Shown: positions 32,261-40,785 of the stretch, in pieces | Layout of the letters: each line of letters starts with the position of its first letter | How positions within the stretch are numbered: position 1 is the stretch's first letter | NCBI GenBank assembly: GCA_963740315.1 | Contig: CAVUDP010000002.1 | Coordinates: forward strand, 2,048,001 to 2,112,000 | DNA length: 64,000 nucleotides | Direction: 5' to 3' | DNA from: an uncultured cyanobacterium | GTDB lineage: Bacteria; Cyanobacteriota; Cyanobacteriia; Cyanobacteriales; Nostocaceae | The notes under the pieces: model-generated | What the model was told of the DNA's origin: nothing | The model's database searches: none | The model's input: the letters and a program-made list of their open reading frames with translations, nothing else | Translations under genes and position numbers: made by a program

Positions 32261-32747
32261 AGGTAATTAATATTACTAATTATTTATACTTTATTTTAAG
32301 TAAATTAAACTAATACCTTGTAACAATATTAGCCCTAGCCCCTGCCTTTAAATCAATTCCAAGGCTTATCGATTCAACAGGGTAAATGCACTGAAAACTT
32401 TATCCAGTAGTCTTTAGACTACTTTCGCTATAAGATAGGGAATTGCATTCCCCGGTTATGTTGAGAATGGTACAAGATGTTAGTTTTAATAGACTGATTC
32501 CCAAACAAAACCAAACACTTCAAGACATCACCCCTCCAAGATTTTCCAACTTAGCAGCAAATGTATCGGCGTGTCGCCACCATTGAGAACCACCCATCCA
32601 AGTGCGTGTAGGTAAATGTCTAGAAGGGGAAAAGGGCGGAGATGTAGAAAGGGAGCATTTTACTCCCACTACAAATGATTTAATAATTACTCAGCGATTA
32701 CCAATTACCAATTACCAATCCCCATCTCCCCCTCTCCCCTCTCCCAA

Positions 32748-33128
32748 TTATTCTTTTTCCGCTTTATAAGTAAAGAAGTTATCCAAAGCTGCTACAGTCT
32801 CGAATTTATATGAAGGTATCAGAGAATTTATTTGTAAATCTGTACTATAAACGCTAAACAGCAGATAATCCTGCTTTTTGGTAGAAGCATTAATTACCTG
32901 CTTAATTTGGGGGCTGGCTGAATCGATCAACTTTGCACAGTTGAATTTGATCAAATTATCTAAAATATTCGGAGTTTTACTACAACCTTGTTCTTTCAAA
33001 TACCCGCTCAATCTTTGGGTAGCGTATTCTTCGTATTCGATTCGTGATGGATTTGTACTTGCCATTGCCACGCCTAATGCGACTAATGCGGCAGTTCCAG
33101 CATATGCAACAATACTTACAATTTTCAT
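32748..33128 (-). CDS. DUF4359-domain protein
   Basis: N-terminal TM then TNPSxxxYEEYA...YLLFSVYSTDL...FETV. Confidence 0.75.
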   Translation of the reverse strand: MKIVSIVAYAGTAALVALGVAMASTNPSRIEYEEYATQRLSGYLKEQGCSKTPNILDNLIKFNCAKLIDSASPQIKQVINASTKKQDYLLFSVYSTDLQINSLIPSYKFETVAALDNFFTYKAEKE

Positions 33129-33248
33129 TATCTGCCGATATAATAATTAACTATTTGACTATTAGACTCTAGATTATCTAAGTCCGTTCCAAAAAAATGT
33201 TTGATCGATCGTTCTAAATTTGCTATACTAACTAAAGAATAAATTTAT

Positions 33249-33322
33249 GGCGATCGTAGCCAAGTGGTTAAGGCAGAGGTTTGTGGTATCTCCATTCGTG
33301 GGTTCGAGTCCCATCGGTCGCC
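33249..33322 (+). tRNA. trnH: tRNA-His (GUG), G-1 encoded, CCA not encoded
   Basis: Acceptor GCGATCG/CGGTCGC, anticodon stem GAGGT/ATCTC with loop TTGTGGT, T-loop GGTTCGAGTCC, C discriminator. Confidence 0.96.
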
Positions 33323-33328
33323 CTTTTT

Positions 33329-33360
33329 AACAGTTAACAGCGAGTCGTTAACTGTTTTTT
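33329..33360 (+). terminator. Rho-independent terminator after tRNA-His
   Basis: AACAGTTAAC...GTTAACTGTT stem plus T-tract. Confidence 0.7.
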
Positions 33361-33403
33361 GCATAAAAAACGGGCAAGATGCCCGTAGTATCACAAGATT
33401 GAT

Positions 33404-33555
33404 TATGTACTTAGACAAAATTAATTGTATATTTGTCATTGCGAGTGGAACGGAGCGAAACGAAGCATTCACCCGTAGGGTGCGGTTCATCACAACACTC
33501 TGAGATTGCTTTACTGTCGCTCGCAATGACACAATTATTTTTGTCCACCTACTTA
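33404..33555. mobile_element. MITE-like element
   Basis: Imperfect TIRs GACAAAATTAATTGT/ACAATTATTTTTGTC with internal TGTCATTGCGAG...CTCGCAATGACA hairpin. Confidence 0.65.
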
Positions 33556-33574
33556 TTCCTACTCTTCTTTTTCT

Positions 33575-35224
33575 TCAACTAGAAAGAAAACTCATGTCAG
33601 TGCCAGAAGAAAGGAACTGCTGATTATAAGTATTCATCGCTGATTCTCCCAAATCTTCTGTTAAAGGCATAAACATTTCAGCCATTTTGCCCAACATCGA
33701 ATCTACTAGAGTATCGGTGGCGTTTTTAACTCCCACACCATAGGTCATTGTTGCATTGAAGTCGTCCATAAATTTGTCAGCACCAGCAGCTGATTTATCG
33801 ATCGCCACGGACCAGTTACCATTACCAATCACAATACTGTTATCAGTGTATACCCAGTTACCGTTACCAATTACGGTATTATTGTTACCGAAGTTAAAGT
33901 TACCGTTACCAATAGTTGAGTTATTATCTCCAAACGACCAGTTACCGTTACCAAGAGTTGAGTTATCGTCACTATCTTCCCAATACCAGTTACCGTTACC
34001 AAGAGTGTTGTTATTGTTACTAAAATCTAAATGCCAGTTACCATTACCAACGGTTGAGTTGTTAGTAGCACCATCCCAATTCCAGTTACCGTTACCAATA
34101 GTAGCGTTGGTGTCTCCGTAGTCTCGGTTAGCGTTACCGATAACGGCGTTGTCTTTACCATCATCAATGTTGCCGTTACCGAGAGGAATTTCGCCTTCAG
34201 GAGTATTAAACACGCTTTCGGTACCGTTGAAGGGTAAAAGTCCATCAAGGGCAGCTTCAATAATATCTAGATTTTCTGCCATCTCGCCATCCGCAAATGG
34301 GTTCTCTTCGCTACCAAACGGGCTATCTTCACCCATCAATTGCTCGAAAGAGTTGCCACTATTGCTGAACATATCATTTCGGAACAGCGTCAATAAGTCA
34401 TCAGATGTTTTTAGCGGCGTTTCGTTACCCATCGCAAACCCTGGATAGGTAGCATCAGAAGCAAATCTTGTCAGAGTATCGTAGACTTTCCTCAAAGTTT
34501 CTGAGGGTGATGAAGAAGGCATACCGCCATCTTGGCTACCTTCAGCGCCGCCATTCATGGATGATAAGCGATCGCCAAACATGAAACTCGTGACATCAAA
34601 GGATGATTGCTCAGACATACTGTCTTCCTCCGCAACCGAATCCTCTCCACCTGCAAATGGGTTATTTCCGCCACCAGCACCACTTGCAAATGGATTACTT
34701 CCGCCGCCAGCACCACCAGCAAATGGGTTATTACTTTCATCAGAAGTTGTGTCATCTTTAGCAGAATCGTCACCACCAGCCACAACTTTTTCAGCTTCAG
34801 AAAATTCTACTTCTTCATAAGCTGGGGGCAAAGGATATTTACCTTCACCGAATGGGTTTTTACCATCAGAAAATGGGTTTTCCTTATCTGACTTACTATC
34901 AGTTTCATCCAAAGGAAATTTTTCGCGCAGTTTGTCGAATACAGAGTCAACTTTATTGAAGAGATCCGTTTTTGCCTGTGATGTAAATTCCTCGTAAGTG
35001 GTGTCATCACCCATTATGGATAGATCGTTACCGATGATTAAACCTTCATCAACGGCATCGGTGCTACTACTAAATTCCCAATTCCAATTGTCACTGGACT
35101 CAGACTCATTTTGCTCGCCAACCCAAACATCATTATCTTCAGGTATAGAATCACTACCGTCTAATGCGTTATAGGCAACAACGTCATCAGTTTTATTCAT
35201 CGAGTTGAGATCGGAATTTTCCAT
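33575..35224 (-). CDS. Acidic NPF-repeat protein with GNGNW-repeat (putative beta-solenoid) domain, copy B1
   Basis: 549-aa ORF; clear paralog of 38596-40563; 9 GN(G/A)N repeats. Confidence 0.88.
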   Translation of the reverse strand: MENSDLNSMNKTDDVVAYNALDGSDSIPEDNDVWVGEQNESESSDNWNWEFSSSTDAVDEGLIIGNDLSIMGDDTTYEEFTSQAKTDLFNKVDSVFDKLREKFPLDETDSKSDKENPFSDGKNPFGEGKYPLPPAYEEVEFSEAEKVVAGGDDSAKDDTTSDESNNPFAGGAGGGSNPFASGAGGGNNPFAGGEDSVAEEDSMSEQSSFDVTSFMFGDRLSSMNGGAEGSQDGGMPSSSPSETLRKVYDTLTRFASDATYPGFAMGNETPLKTSDDLLTLFRNDMFSNSGNSFEQLMGEDSPFGSEENPFADGEMAENLDIIEAALDGLLPFNGTESVFNTPEGEIPLGNGNIDDGKDNAVIGNANRDYGDTNATIGNGNWNWDGATNNSTVGNGNWHLDFSNNNNTLGNGNWYWEDSDDNSTLGNGNWSFGDNNSTIGNGNFNFGNNNTVIGNGNWVYTDNSIVIGNGNWSVAIDKSAAGADKFMDDFNATMTYGVGVKNATDTLVDSMLGKMAEMFMPLTEDLGESAMNTYNQQFLSSGTDMSFLSS

Positions 35225-35346
35225 TGATTATTCTCTTAGAAATATAAATTTACTTCGATCAAAAATAAGCCGAATATTTTTGAATAATGTAAAGACGTAG
35301 CAGTGCTACGTCTCCATCGCTCAATCTAGAAATACTCCTGCCTTAT

Positions 35347-36732
35347 TTAAACTGCGGAAGTATCTTCAACAGCAAATATTTCGGTTATTTCGCTAAAAGG
35401 ATTGTCTTCACCAGCAAACGGATTACCTTCACTAAACGGATTACCGCTACCAGCTGTAAAGTCAACGTCCGAAAATGTTTCTATGAAAGCTTCAGCATTA
35501 GATGCACTAAGTTTCTCGAAACTAGAAGCTAAATCAGAAAACTCGCTGAGATTGCTAATTGGACTGTCTTCAGACAATTCAATATCGGATTCAGAAAGAG
35601 TATTCAAGAAGTTGGTAAACGGTGCCAATTCATCCCCTTCAGAATCTGTATCTGTACTAGCTTCAAGCTCATTGAATAAGTTACTAAAGCTTTCGTACTG
35701 AGCCTTGCCAGCTTCAATGTTATCTGAGAAAGATTCTGATAGCTTGTCGAAATCCGCAAATAGATTGTCACTATCTGAATCGGCATCTTTGACATCACCA
35801 AAGGAGTTATCGCCACCCATCATAGGGTTATCTTTATCATCCGAATCATCTTTATCGGATTGATCGCCACCCATCATAGGGTTATCTTTATCATCCGAAT
35901 CATCTTTATCGGATTGATCGCCACCCATCATAGGGTTATCTTTATCATCCGAATCATCTTTATCGGATTGATCGCCACCCATCATAGGGTTGTCTTTATC
36001 ATCCGAATCATCTTTATCGGATTGATCGCCACCCATCATAGGGTTATCTTTATCATCCGAATCATCTTTGTCGGATTGATCGCCACCCATCATAGGGTTA
36101 TCTTTATCATCCGAATCATCTTTGTCGGAGTTATCGCCACCGCCAATTGGGTCGTATTCAAATGGGTTGCCGCCGAATGGGTTTCCACCACCTTGTTCGC
36201 TAGCACCACCGCCGCTAGGACCACCAGCACCACCACTAGGTGGTTGAGAAAACGGGTTGAGATTTCCTGGTTGCTTACCTTCCTTAAAATCGTCGCTCTT
36301 AAAATAATTATCAAGGTTCACTCTTAGCTGCGCGAAGGGTGACATGGCACCGCCTCCACCCATTGGTGATTCGCCACCTTCAGCATCGCCCTTCTCATCT
36401 TCAGCATCCGGTTGACCGCCACCGAAGCCGCCTTGACCGCCGCCGAAGCCGCCTTGACCGCCACCGAAGCCGCCTTGACCGCCACCGAAGCCACCTTGAC
36501 CGCCACCGAAGCCGCCTTGACCGCCACCGAAGCCGCCTTGACCGCCACCGAAGCCGCCTTGACCGCCGCCGAAGCCACCTTGACCGCCACCGAAGCCGCC
36601 TTGACCGCCACCGAAGCCGCCTTGACCGCCGCCGAAGCCACCTTGACCGCCGCCGAAGCCACCTTGACCGCCGGAGGGCATACCGCTATCAGCTGGTTTG
36701 CCAGTAGCGTTTTGATTAGTATCTTCTGCCAT
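35347..36732 (-). CDS. Gly/Asp-rich low-complexity repeat protein, copy A1
   Basis: AGAGGA RBS; MAEDTN start shared with 40786-41703; QGGFGGG x12 and GGD(Q/N)SDKDDSDDKDNPMM x6. Confidence 0.88.
   Translation of the reverse strand: MAEDTNQNATGKPADSGMPSGGQGGFGGGQGGFGGGQGGFGGGQGGFGGGQGGFGGGQGGFGGGQGGFGGGQGGFGGGQGGFGGGQGGFGGGQGGFGGGQGGFGGGQPDAEDEKGDAEGGESPMGGGGAMSPFAQLRVNLDNYFKSDDFKEGKQPGNLNPFSQPPSGGAGGPSGGGASEQGGGNPFGGNPFEYDPIGGGDNSDKDDSDDKDNPMMGGDQSDKDDSDDKDNPMMGGDQSDKDDSDDKDNPMMGGDQSDKDDSDDKDNPMMGGDQSDKDDSDDKDNPMMGGDQSDKDDSDDKDNPMMGGDNSFGDVKDADSDSDNLFADFDKLSESFSDNIEAGKAQYESFSNLFNELEASTDTDSEGDELAPFTNFLNTLSESDIELSEDSPISNLSEFSDLASSFEKLSASNAEAFIETFSDVDFTAGSGNPFSEGNPFAGEDNPFSEITEIFAVEDTSAV
35803..36141. 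repeat. Coding 54-bp tandem repeat x6
   Basis: CATAGGGTT recurs every 54 bp from 35821 to 36091. Confidence 0.95.
36412..36671. repeat. Coding 21-bp tandem repeat x12 (QGGFGGG)
   Basis: TTGACCGCC(A/G)CCGAAGCC(G/A)CC units differing only at synonymous positions. Confidence 0.95.
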
Positions 36733-37562
36733 TTTTTAGAAATCCTCTAAATTTAGGAACAAAAATTTGCTCTTTTTAACACGCATCAAGAAAAAATAAA
36801 TTCAAGTACTTGATGCTTTTTATATACAACTGTCTATCGTCAACCATCACGATAGAGCTATCTAATCTAATTTTGTTCGCGAAAAAAATCTTTGTGCGTC
36901 TGCTTATAGTCGTTAAATGGAAATGCGATCGCAATTACCGTAACTTCCTTAAATTATTTCTACAGACAAAACCAATTTAAGCCTTTTTCGTTTAACTTGA
37001 TATGAGATTTTTTTTGCTTAATTTATCAATTCTTTAGAAATCATATTTACAATATCAACTATTAATTCTAAATAGATGAAAATTTATCTAACTCTATTAG
37101 CTTGTATTATTTGATGAGACTAATACATCAGTTATAAGTCGCGATCGAGTCAATAACTATCTACAAAATCTCTATCAGATAAGCATTACAGCCAACTTTG
37201 ACTACATTCAAATAAATATTACCGATATTATTATTATAATTTTGAGGTGTATTTTCTGTATTACAAAAATATATATACTAACAGCTTATTACTTGTTTTT
37301 CTTTTTTTTTATACAGTAAACTTGCCGACATTAGATGTTTGTGGAAATAATATCTTTTTTAATTTTTTGAGACAATTAACTAACCACAGAATGATTGACT
37401 TTTGTCTGATTTTATTCTATAACTCTAAAATTATTTTTTTGCTGTTATATTTAATCTTTAGTTAATCTAACTAGAGACAGATTAATTTAATTAGTATCGA
37501 TATGAAAATCTTAAATTTTATTATCAATATTAGTAACTAAAATAAGGCACAAGCTGATTTCA

Positions 37563-37640
37563 AATAGCTGTAATGATTCCCAATTCACTTGCTTCCCGCG
37601 CAGTAGGTAGTGAGTGTAGCGCATTCTCTGTGCGTTCTTA
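37563..37640 (-). pseudogene. Degraded internal fragment of a DAHP synthase (aroG)
   Basis: Translates ERTENALHSLPTAREASELGIITAI versus AroF GHGESALELLAKAREVSGLGIITEV (13/25 identical, ungapped); flanked by stops. Confidence 0.6.
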
Positions 37641-37654
37641 ACAAATATCCTCAA

Positions 37655-38313
37655 CTAGTAGTCTGTGCCATTAGTTTTAAGGAGTAATAAAACTGGAGTA
37701 GTAAAGGCTGTACTCCCTTCCATGCAAGGTAACAAATCATCACTACGAATCCATGAAAATTAATGGGACAGACCATTCATTAGTAGTCGATTGCATAATT
37801 TTTGATGGGTAATAAAGGTTCGTAGTAAGAGTTTTAACTCTCCGGATTTAGGGAACCGATGCCTAAAAGTTATAGGGGTTTACAGTAGCGCCGTACTCGC
37901 CTCATATTAAGCAATCCGGAGGGAAGACAGCCCTTACTACGAACCCCTCATAATTAATGTGGCTCCGTACTAGTAGTCTATTGCATTAAATTTGACGGGT
38001 TCGACGTGCCGATTTTAGTACTAAATCCGGAGGCGAGTACAGCACTTACTACGAACCTTTATTACCCATCAGAATTAATAGGACAAAGTACTAGTAGTCA
38101 ACCACATAAGTTATGAGGGGTAACACATTCGTAGTGCGAGCAAGATGCTCGCACTACGTAAACCCCTTAAAATTAATGTGGCTCCGTACTAGTAGTCCTT
38201 TTCATTAGTTTTGATAGGTTTGTAGTAAGGGCATCGGTTCCCTAAATCCGGAGAGTTAAAACTCTTACTACGAACCTTTATTACCCATCAGAATTAATAG
38301 GACAAAGTACTAG
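37655..38313. mobile_element. Tandem array of five MITE-like units joined at (C)TAG
   Basis: TAGTAGTC starts at ~37656, 37781, 37971, 38092 and 38190; units end AATTAAT(G/A)...GTA(C); each carries a REP-like hairpin. Confidence 0.75.
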
Positions 38314-38595
38314 TATTATTTATGAAAGCCGTCTTTTTCCCTATACTATTTCTTTTAATGTTTAATTAGCATAAAAAAAACGGGCTGTTAAACCCGTAGT
38401 GCAAGATTTATATTTTCCATAAATCTAAAACAGTAATTAATATTGCTCTCACTTCTTTCTCTACGCGAAAGCCTCCGACTCACATGAGGGAAACCCCCCA
38501 AAGAACACACTTAATGTCGCTATCGGGACAAGCAAAGACGCACTTCGTGAACGCTAACGCTGCGTCTAGAAGGGTTTTTTATTCTATTCTTTCAA

Positions 38596-40563
38596 TTAAG
38601 TAGAAAGAAAACTCATTCCACTATCAGACGAAAGAAACTGCTGATTATAAGTATTCATTGCTGATTCATCAAATTCTTCAGTTAATGGTTGGAAAATTTC
38701 GCCCATTTTATTCATCACTGAATCAACAAGCATATCGGCACTGCCCTTAAGCCCAATTCCCATTGCTATAGTTTCTAATTCACCTAATAAATCATCACCA
38801 ATTGTAGCTGATTTATCAATTACAACCGACCAATTACCGTTACCAATGACGATACTATTATCGGTATAAACTCGGTTTCCGTTTCCGATTACTGTATTAT
38901 TGTTACCGAAATCCCAGTTACCGTTACCAATGGTTGTATTGTTATCTCCAAACAGCCAATTACCATTACCTAAAGTCGTATTGTCACTGCTAGAATCCCA
39001 ATACCAGTTACCGTTACCGACGGTTTTATTATCAGCAGTAAAGTCTAAGTGCCAGTTACCATTACCAACGGTTGAGTTGTGAACAGTGTCATCCCAATTC
39101 CAGTTGCCATTACCAATAGTTGCATTTAAATTACCGTAATTCCAATTGGCATTACCGATAACTGCATTATCACAACCAAAGTCTTGATTTCCGTTACCAA
39201 TCGGAATCTCCCCTTCAGGTGTACTAAATACATTTTCGGAACCATTGAATGGCAATAAACCATCCAAAGCAACATTTAAAATATCAAATGGAATTTCTTC
39301 AGCTAGTGTACCTTCACCAAAAGGATTATATTCACCGCTAGAAAAAGGATTATCATCACCAACTAATCCTTGAAAAGAGTTAGCGGAATTATTGAAGCTG
39401 AACATATCATTACGAAACAGCGTCAATAAATCATTTGGTGTTTGTAAAGGTGTATCGTTACCATCACCAAAACTACCTAAATTAAGTTTCGCGTTAAATA
39501 TTAAAAGACTATTTCTGACAGCTTTTAAAGTTTCGTTGGTTGACTGACTGGGTATGGTGCTATAACTATCATCACCTTCACTAGCGTTTAAGAATGGTAA
39601 ATCTTCACCAAAAATCATCCCCAACATATCAAAGGATGGTGAAGATCCATTATCATTTTCTGCAATAGGATTTCCACCTTCACCACCACCAGCGAAAGGA
39701 TTTCCACCTTCACCACCACCAGCGAAAGGATTTCCACCACCTTCTCCACCAGCGAAAGGATTTCCACCTTCACCACCACCAGCGAAAGGATTTCCACCAC
39801 CTTCTCCACCAGCGAAAGGATTTCCACCACCTTCACCACCAGCGAAAGGATTTCCACCACCTTCACCACCAGCAGCGAAAGGATTTCCACCTTCACCACC
39901 AGCAAAAGGAATTTCTGCTTGAATATCTTCCGTTGAATTTGAATCTACAACAGGAATTTCTGCTTGAATATCTTCCGTTGAATTTGAATCTACAACAGGA
40001 ATTTCTGCTTGAATATCTTCCGTTGAATTTGAATCTACAACAGGAATTTCTGCTTGAATATCTTCCGTAGGATTTGATTCTTCTACAGGAATTTCTGCTT
40101 GAATATCTTCTGTAGGATTTGATTCTTCTACAGATTTAATGTCATCGACAATATCTTGTGAAGGTAAAGGTGAATTTCCATAACCTGGTGGTGGAGTAAA
40201 TTCTCCCTCTCCGAAAGGATTTTCACCATTAGCAAAAGGATTTTCGTCTGTAAACGGATTACCTGTTGATTCTTCAACATCATTCAAAGGTAATCGATCG
40301 CGCAACTTATCAAAAAGAGAATTAATCCTTTCGTCAACATCAGCTTTTGCTTGTGAAGTCAACGATTCTTGTGTAGTTTCATCATCAACTATCCATTGTC
40401 CATTGCCGATAATAACATTACCAATATTAAGAGCGGATTTAATTCCACCTTCTAATATATTGTCACTAATAGAAAAAGAACTACTAGTACTAATTAATGA
40501 ACCTGTAAAATCAATACTTTGACCGTTATTTTGATTAATTGAATTTAATTCTGAAGGTTCCAT
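38596..40563 (-). CDS. Acidic NPF-repeat protein with GNGNW-repeat (putative beta-solenoid) domain, copy B2
   Basis: 655-aa ORF; 15-aa repeat x5, ~10-aa GGNPFAGG repeat x8, 9 GN(G/A)N repeats; paralog of B1. Confidence 0.88.
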   Translation of the reverse strand: MEPSELNSINQNNGQSIDFTGSLISTSSSFSISDNILEGGIKSALNIGNVIIGNGQWIVDDETTQESLTSQAKADVDERINSLFDKLRDRLPLNDVEESTGNPFTDENPFANGENPFGEGEFTPPPGYGNSPLPSQDIVDDIKSVEESNPTEDIQAEIPVEESNPTEDIQAEIPVVDSNSTEDIQAEIPVVDSNSTEDIQAEIPVVDSNSTEDIQAEIPFAGGEGGNPFAAGGEGGGNPFAGGEGGGNPFAGGEGGGNPFAGGGEGGNPFAGGEGGGNPFAGGGEGGNPFAGGGEGGNPIAENDNGSSPSFDMLGMIFGEDLPFLNASEGDDSYSTIPSQSTNETLKAVRNSLLIFNAKLNLGSFGDGNDTPLQTPNDLLTLFRNDMFSFNNSANSFQGLVGDDNPFSSGEYNPFGEGTLAEEIPFDILNVALDGLLPFNGSENVFSTPEGEIPIGNGNQDFGCDNAVIGNANWNYGNLNATIGNGNWNWDDTVHNSTVGNGNWHLDFTADNKTVGNGNWYWDSSSDNTTLGNGNWLFGDNNTTIGNGNWDFGNNNTVIGNGNRVYTDNSIVIGNGNWSVVIDKSATIGDDLLGELETIAMGIGLKGSADMLVDSVMNKMGEIFQPLTEEFDESAMNTYNQQFLSSDSGMSFLST

Positions 40564-40785
40564 TTATTATCATCCCTGTAAAAATAGATATTACTTTATC
40601 TCTATAAAATATAGTAATCCGATATTAGTTATAAGTATTTAAAGTTTTGAAAAATTAGATGTTTTAAAAAATCTATTTTATTCATTTTAATATTCACATG
40701 GAATGTAGAGACGTAGCAATGCTACGTCTCCACAATGCTATGAACAAAAAACTAAACTTTCACAAAATCAAAGTAGAAGGATTGA

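Noticed and set aside
33245..33532. ORFs overlapping tRNA-His
   Set aside because: Explained by the tRNA, its terminator and a MITE
37247..37465. 72-aa hydrophobic ORF
   Set aside because: Very AT-rich upstream region of A1, GTG start, composition as expected by chance
37655..38313. CRISPR or integron cassette array
   Set aside because: Unit lengths vary from ~100 to 190 bp, interiors are dispersed palindromes rather than unique spacers or ORFs, and there is no integrase or cas gene
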